Assembly: GCA_951406725.2 (NCBI GenBank)
Contig: OX597833.1
Coordinates: 48,794,001 to 48,858,000, forward strand
DNA from: Octopus vulgaris
Lineage: Eukaryota
DNA length: 64,000 nt
Reading direction: 5' to 3'
The notes beneath the pieces were generated by a model, which searched no databases, was not told the DNA's origin, and worked only from the letters and a program-made list of their open reading frames with translations. A program made the position numbers and the translations under genes. Below, piece by piece: positions 27,225-39,300 of this stretch (positions are counted from its first letter, which is position 1; every line of letters begins with the position of its first letter).

Positions 27225-28139
27225 TCTTTGCTTTCTTCTTTCTTATTTGTGTGTCTCTCCTTACTAACGGTCAGCCATTTTGTATTTTGTATTCCTATTG
27301 TCAGTTAGTAGGAGAGAGAATCTAAGTGGAGCCAAAGACTTACAGACAAGAGAGAAGGAATTACCCAACAGATGAAGATAACCAAATATATAGTGCGTGT
27401 GTTTTTATTGGCTAAACTGGCAAAATGACCATTCCTAAATACAACAATATCTGTTTCAACACACGATTTCACATCAAAACAAATGTATAAATTTATAAAT
27501 CATTTTTTGGCATATTTAAGGGTAAGGTGTTAGTCTGATGCACTCAAAATTAAACATTTTTTTACATATGTAGTTTTGTGATTAAGAAGTTCACTGTGCA
27601 ACCATTGCAAGTTCAATTCCAGTGTGTGGCACCTTCAGCAAATACCTTCTACTTTAGTCACAGATTAAACAATGCCTTTTGAGAGGAATTTGGATAACAA
27701 AAGCTGAGCAATGAACTTGTTTTGCATACACACATACATATATAAACATGTATATATGTTCGTGAATTTGTGTTGCAAGATTCCTGATGTGAAACTGTGT
27801 GTTGAAACAGATATATAACAACATGCCGGTGGCATGTAAAAGCACCCACTACACTCTCGGAGTGGTTGGTGTTAGGAAGGGCATCCAGCTGTAGAAACTC
27901 TGCCAGATCAGATTGGAGTCTGGTGCAGCCATCTGGTTCACCAGACCTCAGTCAAATCGTCCAACCCATGCTAGCATGGAAAGCAGAAGTCAAACGATGA
28001 TGATGATGATACCAATGTATATATATATATATAGATATATATACATACACATGTATGTATGTATGTATGTACCTATGTGAATGACATTGACCTTTTTGTG
28101 TGCACAGTCTGTGACAGACCATACCTGTCTTTTGCTGGC

Positions 28140-28445
28140 CTCAAATCTCATCTGTGAATGCATGGAAAACGAACCTCCACCAACTATTCTGCCTATATGT
28201 CTGTGCACACATTTGAATGCAGTGTATGCCATAAGGTTTGCAAATCCAACAGAGGCCTCAAAAGACATTTTAAGATCCACAAAGAGCAGAACTTATCTGC
28301 AGCTTTTGGTGGTCCAAATCAGAGGTGCAATCTATGTAGGTGTCTTTTCAGAACATTGTCTGGTTTAAAAAGCCACATCAGCTGCCATGATGGTGCTAAA
28401 GTGTAGGTACAGAAGGTGGTCAAACTCTGCATAAGGAGAACCACT
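28140..28445 (+). mobile_element. LINE (RTE-like) 3' end carrying two C2H2-type fingers
   Basis: CSVCHKVCKSNRGLKRHFKIH and CNLCRCLFRTLSGLKSHISCH followed by a stop, a short 3' UTR and a simple-repeat tail. No TGEKP linker. Confidence 0.55.
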
Positions 28446-30447
28446 ACCATAACCACTATCGCCACTATCATAATAATAAACAAAGGAATTTACTTTCCCT
28501 GCACCACAACTCAATCCTCTTCACCCCCAACTTAGCATTACCAACATCACTACAACTATCACAACAATCTCTAACACCAACATTGCTAATGTAGTCTATT
28601 ATAATCACTACAGAAATCACAGCAACAGGTGGACTAGCTATGAAGATGTGTTAGGTATATGGCAATGGTGATTGTGGTATATGACAAATGCAGTACTTGT
28701 GAGAGTGTGGTACTGGGTTCAAGAAAAGTGGATCATTGTAGCTAATGATGTTGGTGTATGTATTTGTACATGCAGGCATGGCTATGTGGTTCATGATATT
28801 CCAGTCCATACAACAGAAAATCCACAACAACTGAAGGTGGGTGGAGAGGAAGGATAACTTTGTGATGGACATGCATTCCATTTGGAGGAGATGGATCTTG
28901 TACTCTCAGTCACTTAAATACAACAGAAACTGAGATAGTTGTTGTTTTTGAATAAATTCTTGCATAAAAAAATCATTATGGCTCACAAACTTTTCCTCAA
29001 CCTGGTATATTCCCTCCTCATTTCTTTCTGTAGAAGAGCATAGATTTGAAAGATCAAAGATTTCTTCCAGTTTCCCAGAGCATCAAACTAAGACATTCTG
29101 TTTGTTGTTCTTTCAACTGTCTGTTTTTTGCATATTTTTTGTATATTTTAAAACTCTGTGTGTGTGTGTGTGTGTGTGTGTGCATGTGCATGTCTGCACA
29201 TGCATACATGCATGTGTATACAACAGACTTTCACCCAATTTTCTTGTAATAAAATCACTCATATGACCGAACCACCTCAAGCGCCGTTGTAAAAGCACCG
29301 AAGGGAGGGGCTGGAGATTCAGACGATGAAGACAGGCTGTAGGAACCTGATCAATTCATCGTGATGGACTGGCGTCCCATCCAGGGACAAATATACACAC
29401 TTGAGAAACCAGGAAATCGCCCCTATGTTCCCTATGGAGTAAGGTGGACTAACCTGTCGATAATTATAATTTAATAAACTTTTGTGTTGTTAGAATATAA
29501 GAGAAATTATTGTTTTGTTGTTAGAGAATAAAACTAGTTGAATTAAATGAAATGAACAGAACTTCCTGCTTGTCATTCAACTTCTATTTCTATTTCTAAC
29601 ACAGAAATACTACAATGTTAGCTTTATGTTTTACCTCACAACAAATGAATATAAATTCACTATGGTACCTAAAAAAAAACAATGTACTTACAAAAGCAGT
29701 TATGAAGAAGATTGGAGCTATATGAGAAAGAAACAAAAAGATGAAACAATATAAAAATATGCCAATGTTTCGTTAATATTAATCATAAAGGATGGAAGGG
29801 AGAGAAGTGGGGGATCAGATATCAAGGCCTGTTATGGTTTTTGGAGAAAAAAAGAAAAATTTCTTTAATTTTGAAGTAGAGTTTTTATTTTAAAAAAAAA
29901 CCTCTTTCTAACTTCATTTTCAAAATTAAAAATTTTTCTTTCTTTTTATTTTTCTCAAAATCCAAAACAGTGAACTCACGAAATTTTGCCATTATTTATT
30001 CATAATTCCAAAGACACAACACTGATTGTGATAGAGTTTGTTTTCTTTAACTAGATGAAAGAAACAAAATGTTTCAACAATCAATGCTATAAAATCATGG
30101 ATTTGTAACATCAAAGATCAAGATTATTAGTAGTATGTCAATAAAATTATAAAAAAATGAAAAGGAAATATTTGAAAAGGCAAAATTTCAAATAAATACA
30201 CTACCAGTAAATTGCCCTTTTTAATCGTTTAAATTTTTACTGACATTTTTTCAAAAAATGATTTCACAAAGAAAACTACCAATAATTTTTATTCTCATAC
30301 TTAAAAGGTGTATTACACACAAATTCAATTTAGGTATTAACCTTGTAGTTTGCTTTAGAAAGCCCATCTACAGGTATTGGCTACCAGACATGATTTTACA
30401 ATGAGAACCAATCATTATTGAAGATACATCTGGAAATCCATAAATAA

Positions 30448-30503
<56 letters not shown>

Positions 30504-30508
30504 TAAGT

Positions 30509-30672
30509 AAACAAATGGAGTTAAACGAAGATGTTATTAAAATTCTTTTACTTTCGACATATGTTTCGAAGACAACATTGGTTTTATTCCGGAATAAAAC
30601 CAATGTTGCCTTCGAAACATATGTCGAAAGTAAAAGAATTTTAATAACATCTTCATTCAACTCCATTTATTT
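30509..30672. repeat. Near-perfect palindrome made from a half-hammerhead element
   Basis: Axis ttattcc|ggaataa at 30590/30591; nearly the same peptide is predicted on both strands. Arms are homologous to 55425-55500. Confidence 0.9.
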
Positions 30673-30828
30673 ATTTATAATACACAAATTACTGCACATT
30701 AACCTGGAATTTCTACCTTTGAATAGGTCGCTTCATCCGTGTTACTTGCGTGAATTTTGCAACCCTGGTAACTGTTTATTGAATTTTCCATGTTAACGGT
30801 AAACAAAGGATAATTCATTCATCCATTT

Positions 30829-30862
<34 letters not shown>

Positions 30863-31159
30863 GCATGTCTATGTATATTTGCATGTTTTTGAGTTTGTAA
30901 ACTGAGATTCTTTTCTGTTCTGGTTGTGTATTAAAAAATGTGGTCACCCTACATATGAATGATGCAAGAATAGGTCAAGGTAGACCAAAGAAAACTTGAG
31001 ATGATATGACACCAGACTTGAAGAGATTGCATCCAAAAATGAGATGACATAGAATGTTTCATTGCAGATACCACCAACCAGTTTGAGAATGAAAAAAAAA
31101 AGAAAAACAAGAATAGAAATTTGAATAATGTTGATAATCTAAAACGATGTTTTATTTAC

Positions 31160-31319
31160 CTTAATATCTTGCAAAACACCTTGATATTTAGTAACGATGA
31201 CATTATCAAGGGCTAGAGAAAATTCTACAAATTCTTCATGAACATCAGCTTGCAGGAGGTTTCCATTGTGCATAAGATGTTGAATGACAGAGTAACGTGT
31301 AATTGGGATATAGTGTTCT
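31160..31319 (-). CDS. TMEM143: TMEM143 exon 3
   Basis: ttttag|A GAA CAC TAT ATC CCA..AAG|gtaaat, 160 nt. (Y)REHYIPITR matches the YRERFIP motif. Confidence 0.85.
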
Positions 31320-31562
31320 CTAAAAAAGGTAAAACAGAATTCATAACAAATTTAAACCAAAATTTTTTTCATTTAGAGCAAATTAAAATTAAAATGGTAA
31401 TATTTTAAGAAACAAAAAGAAACTACATTTAAATAGCTTCAAATAGATGGAGAGCTGAAAAAGTTTTCCCTCTAAAACTAAATGTTCTAAATAGCTTTGG
31501 CTGAGGAGGTACAATAAGGTTGAAACACTATCCCAAAGTCCCCTTACTCATATGAATCAAGT

Positions 31563-31934
31563 CTTCTTCTTGTCTTGAGACAGCATTCACCTGGGGTGGG
31601 TTCAGCTGGCTTCATTCATCCTCAATGCTGCATCTCTCACAAACGCCGACCAGGCCTGGCGATTTGAGGCTAACGACCGCGTGATCTCCAACCACTCCCT
31701 ATTCCAGTGGCGAATACCGTAGATATGGGGGCCTAGGTTGGGTTCCAGATCAGCCTTAACTGTCATCAGCCAGGTTTTTCGTTGTCCTCCACATCGTTTT
31801 CGTCAACCTTGAAGGGGAGCTGGGGCAATTGCTTCGTAGATGAATTCTCCTGGTTGACGACGGAGGGCATGACCCAGCCAACGCAGATGTCTTGTTAGGA
31901 TGACTTGTCAGAGGGAGGTGATTTTTCCTCATGT
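31563..31934 (-). mobile_element. Short RTE-type retroposon insertion
   Basis: Encodes GGQRKTWL.TVKADLE..WNREWL..LASNRQAWSAFVRD; 12-bp TSD tatgaatcaagt at 31551-31562 and 31935-31946. Confidence 0.8.
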
Positions 31935-34900
31935 TATGAATCAAGTGTATTATGAACACACATTTACCTCAAAGGAGAAGTTGTTTCTCCTGTGATGAAG
32001 TGAAATACAATAGTAGGCGCAGGAGTGGCTGTGTGGTAAGTAGCTTGCTTACCAACCACATGGTTCCGGGTTCAGTCCCACTTGGGCAAGTGTCTTCTAC
32101 TATAGCCTCGGGCCAACCAAAGCCTTGTGAGTGGATTTGGTAGACAGAAACTGAAAGAAGCCTATCGTGTATATATATATATATACTCATAAATGAGGGT
32201 GATATTAATTTAATAATACCATCAGTGATGATTTATAGATAAATATGTGAGTGTAATTGCATATTATGTTGATAAAGAAACAATTGTTCAGCATTAATTT
32301 ATCTTTTCGTTGTATTTCGCTTTCCATACGTTGAAGGTAATGTTAGTTCTTTTGTGGAAACAACTTCGGTGGCTATACCAGAATAAGGAGCTATTTCTAG
32401 CACTAGAGTTAACCACTTAATGGTAACTCTCTTATATTTACGTATATATATGTGTGTGTGTGTGTGTATGCTTGTGTGTAGCATATACACATTTGATTGC
32501 ATATACACATCTGATTCTCTGATTATCACTTGTCAGATATAAGGATGTATCAGCAAATAGCTTATTTGCATAAACAAGAGTCACAAACTCTTGTTAGATA
32601 CATTAATCAAGGGTAGCTTTGGCTGAGGTGACACAATGAAGTCAAAACCCAGGGCGTCCCAAAGTCTCCTTATGCTTATGAATCAAGTGTGTAATAAAAA
32701 CACATTCATCTGAAAGAAGTTGTTCTACAATGACAAACTACAACAGCAATTAATATATGTGATCATAAACATTCTTCTTTACATATTATTATTATTATTT
32801 TTTTAAGTTAGGATCTCATAAAGTAATGATGAATGCCTGTATCACCGTAAACAAAACCAACAGTTTATCACTTAGTTTCTTTAGTTGAATCGGTTGCAGT
32901 AGCTCTGTAAATCCTCATTATTCATTTGTTACTCTTTTACTTGTTTCAGTCATTTGACTGTGGCCATGCTGGAGCACCACCTTTAGTTGAGCAAATCGAT
33001 CTCAGGACTTATTCTTTGTAAGCCTAGTACTTATTCTAACAGTCTCTTTTGCTGAACCACTAAGTTACGGGGATGTAAACACACCAGCATTGGTTGTTAA
33101 TAGGACCCTAGAAATATTACTGAAAACTCATTATTAGTTTGTCATCATCAATCCTTTAGTCACATCACTGCACAGAACTTGCAGTGGCTACTTTTAAGAA
33201 AACCCTAATTTTATTTCTGTACAAAAAGAAGTATGCTGTTTGGACAATATTTCCCTGGCATTTATGAATCATATATGATACATCTTCCCATTTTTTTTTT
33301 CAACTGTCAAAGTAACTTGGGACTTATGAAAGGAAAGCTTTATATTGTCCAGAAGAGGTAACTAAAAGTCTGAAAAGAAGGACAATGTTGAGTACAAACT
33401 TATGAAAATGCTTTGGTCAGACAAAGTGTTGATATACAATTTTTTTCATGGAGCTGATACCTCAGATTCATAGAAGAAAAACAGCATGCCTTTCTCACCA
33501 GCATTATATGACTAAATAAAGCTACAGAAACTAGCAATAGCAGCAAAGAAAATGCAAGACTGTGAAAGGAATTCAGAAATGCAATGGAGATTATGTGAAC
33601 TTAAATTCTACAAACATAAAAGTATGAATATTAATGAAGACAAGTAACAGATATCAATAGATTGTATCTTATCCCATCGTGTTGTATCTCTGCCAGTCAA
33701 AGTATGAGAGAGAGAACATGATATAGGTGCAGTCATGATTGTGTAGTTAAGAGGCTTATTTTGGAACTACATGGTTTCGGGTGCAGTCCTACTGCATAGC
33801 ACTTTAGGCAAATGTTTTCCACTATAGCCCTGGATTGACCAATGCTTTGTGAGTGAATTTCATAGATAGAAACTGTGTGGAAGCTTGTTGTATATATCAT
33901 CATCATTTAACGTTTGTAGTTCATGCTGGCATGGGTTGGATGGTGTGACCAGAGCTGGCAAGTGGTGGTGGTGGTAGTGATAGTGGTAGAGGGGGTTGCA
34001 TCATACTCCAGTCTGATTTGGCATGGTTTCTACAGCTGGATGCTCTTCCTAACACCAACCACTTTACAGAGGGTGCTGTATGTTTTACATGTCAATGCAC
34101 AGGTGCTTTTATGTAACACTGCATAGGGGCTTTAGAAATAGCAGTTAAATACTATTCCACTACCATAAGATATCTCCTGAGGCAATTTTGCTGAACCCTA
34201 ATTATAATTATGCTTATAATTATAGAATTTTTGTAAAAGGTTACTGGTAATGGTTCTTTTAACTTACCAAACTACTTGGTAAAATTATTAATTATTAATT
34301 GATTAATTAATTTTACCCTTTATATATATATATATATATATATATGTAAGTATGTTTTGTTCCAACATCACTTAACAACTGGTTTTGGTTAGTTTATGAG
34401 CCACATAACTTAGCAGTTTGGCAAAAGAGGCAGTTAGAATAAGTATCAGACTTTGGATTGTGGTCATACAATGGCACCACCTTGAAGAGATCAACTGAAG
34501 TACTTTTTTTTTTGCTGGTGCCACCCATGCCACTCTGTAAAGTGGCATTAGAAAGGGCATCCAGCAGTAAAAACCATGCCAAAATAGAGAGTGAAGCCTG
34601 GTGCATCCTTCTGGTTTGCCAGTTCCTGTCAAACTGTGCAACCCATGCCAGCATGGAAAACAGACATTTTTTTGATGCCCACGAAGCATCATTTGGCCTA
34701 GTGCCATAGTAGAAGATATTTTTTCTCAAGGTAACCCCAAACCCCATGGTTGCAAAAGCAAGCTGCTTAGCCACATAGCTATGCTTGTAAACTTTCTAGA
34801 ATCACCTTCCAGCCTACGTGTTTTTCTGTTGATGTTGACTTGCAGATGTTCAAAGTCAGCATCGACTGCATCAAACTCACCGATCTTGTGAAGCAGGGAG

Positions 34901-35006
34901 GAATGTGTGCGAAGGTCAGGGGCACCGTCTCCTAAATGAATTATGCAAAAACAAAAACCAAAGAATAGAAACAAAGAATGATGAAGTAAGATTAAAAAAA
35001 AAATAC

Positions 35007-35185
35007 CTGTAGCATTCTGATGAAGAACTGGTATCTGTGCAAAAAGATCGTGCAGTGAAGATGCTAGGCAGTGAGAAATTTGTTGAATGAATGTTTCTGG
35101 TTGCATTAGTAAATGTGCAACAACTCGAAATAAAAATTGGTTTACTGCAAGCATGGGTGCCAGTCATGATACTGATATTATCTGC
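35007..35185 (-). CDS. TMEM143: TMEM143 exon 2
   Basis: taaag|GCA..TAC AG|gtattt, 179 nt, open frame ending ..ECY R and joining in phase to exon 3. An alternative acceptor at 35181 is possible. Confidence 0.7.
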
Positions 35186-35272
35186 CTTTAAAATAAAATA
35201 AAAAATACATATACATATCTAAAATGATGTCTTAAGGGTGAATTTCATTAGCATTCAGATTACACTGTTATA

Positions 35273-36360
35273 TATTGGGTTGTCCGGAAAGTTCATGCCG
35301 ATTTTTAAAGGAAAGAAAAAAGGTCAATAAATACTTACTACTTGTACTTGTAGTGACATTCACCCTGGGCGGGTTGAATCAGCTTCTTCTACCACCCTCG
35401 AGGTATCTCGAACCATGGCAGCCCACACACGACGGTCCTGCGCCAGTTCACTGGAGATAGCGAGCCAGTCACGGTTCCATCGGCGCAGGCCAATGTTGGC
35501 ATTGTATTCACCATTGAGAATTCATAGAAAGAAGTTTCGTGGGAATATGTGGATTTCACAAGCGGTCCCCAACAATCCCGCATGTAGAGACATCCTGTTT
35601 GCCACAGATTGTCTGCAGATGCAGGGACAAGATGACCAAGGAGCCATCCAGTTGCCGAAACAGACACTCCAAGAATTTTCACCAGAGCCCTGTCTGCCGG
35701 GTTATAGCCCTAATACCACTCGGTGCCAGACCAATCCACCTTGGGTGGCCCTACCAGGAACCGGTTCCCAACAGCATAGCTCTGACACTACCTGTTGCCA
35801 GCATCCCCAACACGGTGAGGAGGGGATGGAGTTTGGGGACACGATAAATACTTGCCATTACATTTTTAATCAACCAAATATGAACCATTTTGTTGCACAA
35901 TGCATCTCCATCTTCCCTTTAATTTGAAAATACCCTCTTCCCAGAATTGAGGGGGTTTCATGGCAAACAATTCATCAAGGTATCTTTTTATGTCATCCAA
36001 GGAATTGAAATTTTTACCATTAAGACTATTCTGCAGAGACCTGAATAAGTGGAAATCTGAAGGAGCAATATCTGGTGAATATGGAGGTTGAGGTAATACA
36101 TCCCAGCCGAGCTGCAGCAATTTTTGTCTGGTTCCCAAAGCATCAAGTGCCGAAAATGAACTTTCTTCTATTCCATTTTAAAGGGTTACAGAATTAACAC
36201 AGATTATAGGAACATAAACCTTCTTCCATGAAAAGATAGCTTAAAATGTGCTCTAAATGGAGGTGTAGTCAAATCCTATTTTATGGACTCAACCATGTTC
36301 TAAAATAAGTCAAAAGGTAAGTTGTTATAAATCGGCATGAACTTTCCGGACAACCCAATA
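35273..36360 (-). mobile_element. Internally deleted mariner transposon
   Basis: ~32-bp TIR tattgggttgtccggaaagttcatgccgattt with TA flanks. Transposase C-terminus with PPYSPDIAPSDFHLF (35866-36138) is fused to an N-terminal stub ME*KKVHFRHLMLW. Confidence 0.92.
35337..35843 (-). mobile_element. Non-autonomous RTE-derived element nested in the mariner
   Basis: 10-bp TSD ataaatactt at 35327-35336 and 35844-35853. 3' end encodes ELAQDRRVWAAMVRD, followed by a caagta-repeat tail. Confidence 0.8.
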
Positions 36361-39300
36361 TAATGCATATTTATTTACATTGTTTTCAATTAATCATGCA
36401 TTATCTTGTGAATTCATATTTTGATGCCGTAATTGTGTGTTTTGAGAATAACATTGCAGAGTAAGTGTGATGGCTGGTTCTAGCCAGTTCAAACATAAAA
36501 CAAGTAGAATATCTGAGTCAGTTTAACCTTTTAGAATTCAGATTATTCTATTAAATGTAACACTTATTTATTCACAATGTTTGAATTTATCTTACATTTT
36601 CTTGTAGCCTCAATATTTTCATTATGTGACCATATCTTTTTTGGACGAACATTGTAGTTGTGAAAGGCTGGATTTGGCCAGTTTGAACATAAAACCAGGA
36701 AGAATAATTTGGCTGGATATGGCCAGTTTAAATGCTAAAGTATTAAATAACTTTTTTATATTTGAGTAGTATAGTTTGCATGAAGCATTGTCTGATATAT
36801 ATAAATGTCTTTAATTATTATTTTCTTTTTTATATAAAACTAAAAGAATGCAAGTTATAAGGAACAATACAAGTTGATAGTTTGCACTTTTACTTTGTAT
36901 GTCAGCATTTCACGATCAGGACCCCTTCTTCAAGAAATCTTTGATGAAATGGTGTTATGGTGTTGTGAACTGATTGGCCATTTCTTTAAGATTTCCAGAA
37001 GAATGGGTCCTAACACAGAAATATTAAAATACAAGGTGAAGGTACAAACTATCAACTTGTATTATTTCTTAGAACTTGCATTCTTTTGGCTTAGTAATAA
37101 AAAAAAATGACATGGTAAGAAGCTTGCTTCCCAACCACATAGTTCCGGGTTCAGTCCCACTGTGCGGTACCTTGGGCAAGTGTCTTTTGCTATTGCCTTA
37201 GGTTGACTAAAGCCTTGTGAATGGATTTGGTAGAGGGAAACTTAAAAAGACTGTCAGCATTGGTGATGGTGCTAGTGCCAAGTAAAAAGCACTGGAGCTG
37301 GTGTCACGTAAATAGCACTGGTGCCATATAAAAAGCAGTGGAGCTAGTGTCACATAAATAGCACTGGTGCCATGTAAAAAGCAGTGGAGCTGGTACCACA
37401 TAAATAGCATTGGTACCATGTAAAAAGCACTGGAGCTGGTGTCACATAAATGGCACTGGTGCCATGTAAAAAGCAGTGGAGCTGGTGTCACATAAATAGC
37501 ACTAGTACCATGTATTAAGCAGTGGAGCTGGTGCCACATAAAAAGCACCCAGTACACTCTATAAAGTGCTTGACATTAGGAAGAGAATCTAATTGTAGAA
37601 ACTAAATCAAAATAGATTATGCGACATGGTGCAGCCCTTAGCCTTGCCAGTTCCTGTCAAGCCATCCAACCCATGCCAGCATGAAAAACGGATGTTAAAT
37701 GATGATGATGATGATGTGTGTCTTTGTGTCTGTGTTTGACCCCACCACCATTTGACAACCGGTAATAGTGTGTTTACGTCACTTTAACTTAGTGGTTTGG
37801 CAAAAAGAGACTGATAGAATAAGTACCAGGCTTTAAAAAAAAACCAAAATGAATTTGTACTAGGATTGATTCATTTGACTAAAAGTTCTTCAAGGTGGTG
37901 CCCCAGCATGGCCACAGCCTAATGACTGAAACAAGTGAAAAATAAAAAAGTAATTTATGTTTATGTATTTGTTTTGCAAGATTCCTGATGTTAAATTGCG
38001 TGTTGACACAGATATTGTTATAGTCGGGGACGGTCATATTTTTTTTCTTTTTCTTTTTGTCAAACAACTCCACACAGTGTATTCTCGTTCTTCACTTCAG
38101 CTTTATTATTATTATTATTATTATTTTAGAGTCCTTTGTCTGAAATCTTTTGTCACATGTCCTGTGACCTCTTCAACAGCTCTCCATCCCACGTGTCTCC
38201 TCCAGTTCCATTTAGTCCATTCTAAATTTCAGACAAAGGATACTAAAATAAGAATAAACGAATATAAAGTACTTTTGGTTATTTGGCAAAAACAAAAACA
38301 GAAAAAATATCTCAAAATATAACAAAAAGGTAATTTGTTTTCATATTATATTGTTGTTGAGTATATATGTATTTTGACTAGAAATCTTTCTTTGCATTAA
38401 TCACTGTTTCATGATTTATATGGTTAGATGAATTCAGAGATGTAGATTTGATTAACAATGTAACACAATACAGTGGGCAATGACAATAATAATTGTAAAA
38501 GTATATAATACATCGTGCAGCTTGATTCAAGAAGGAGTAAAACACATGAGAAGAAAGAGCAAGGATGAGTTAAATTTCATAACACTGTCGTGAACAACAG
38601 GGAGTAGAGATGACTAGTATTTTTCTCAAGGGACTCAAGATTAACAAGAAGTTATCTTCGCATCCTTCAGTGAAAGGATTAAATATTAAATTTATTTGAA
38701 GGTGCAGGAGTGGCTGTGTGGTAAGTAGCTTGCTTACCAACCAGGGTTCATTCCCACTGCGTGGCACCTTGGGCAAGTGTCTTCTATTATAGCCTCAGGC
38801 CAACCAAAGCCTTGTGAATGGACTTGGTAGATGGAAACTGAAAGAAGCCTGTCGTATATACATATATATGTGTGTGTGCATGTTTGTCCCCTAACATCGC
38901 TTGATAACTGATGCCGGTGTGTTTACGTCCCCATAGCTTAGCGGTTTGGCAAAAGCGACTGATAGAATAATTACTAGGCTTACAAAGAATAAGTCCTGGG
39001 GTCGATTTCTTTGACTAAAGACGGTGCTCCAGCATGGCCACAGTCAAATGACTGAAACAAGTAAAAGAGTAAAAATAAATAAAATTAAAAATATATAATT
39101 AAATGATAAAATAGAAGAGAAAATCGTAAAAAAAAAATAGAGTGAAAAGTAAAAATGTGGGGAAAATTAAAATGTTTAAAAGTGCTAGTCTTCTTCCCAC
39201 CCACTCCAAATCACAATTTCCATTGTTGAAAAATAAAAAGGATAAAAAAAAATTAAGGGGTGGGGGGCATATATAATACATCGATCAATATTTTGTTAAC

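Noticed and set aside
28158-28406. Host C2H2 zinc-finger gene
   Set aside because: No TGEKP linker or exon structure; the layout fits a LINE ORF2 tail.
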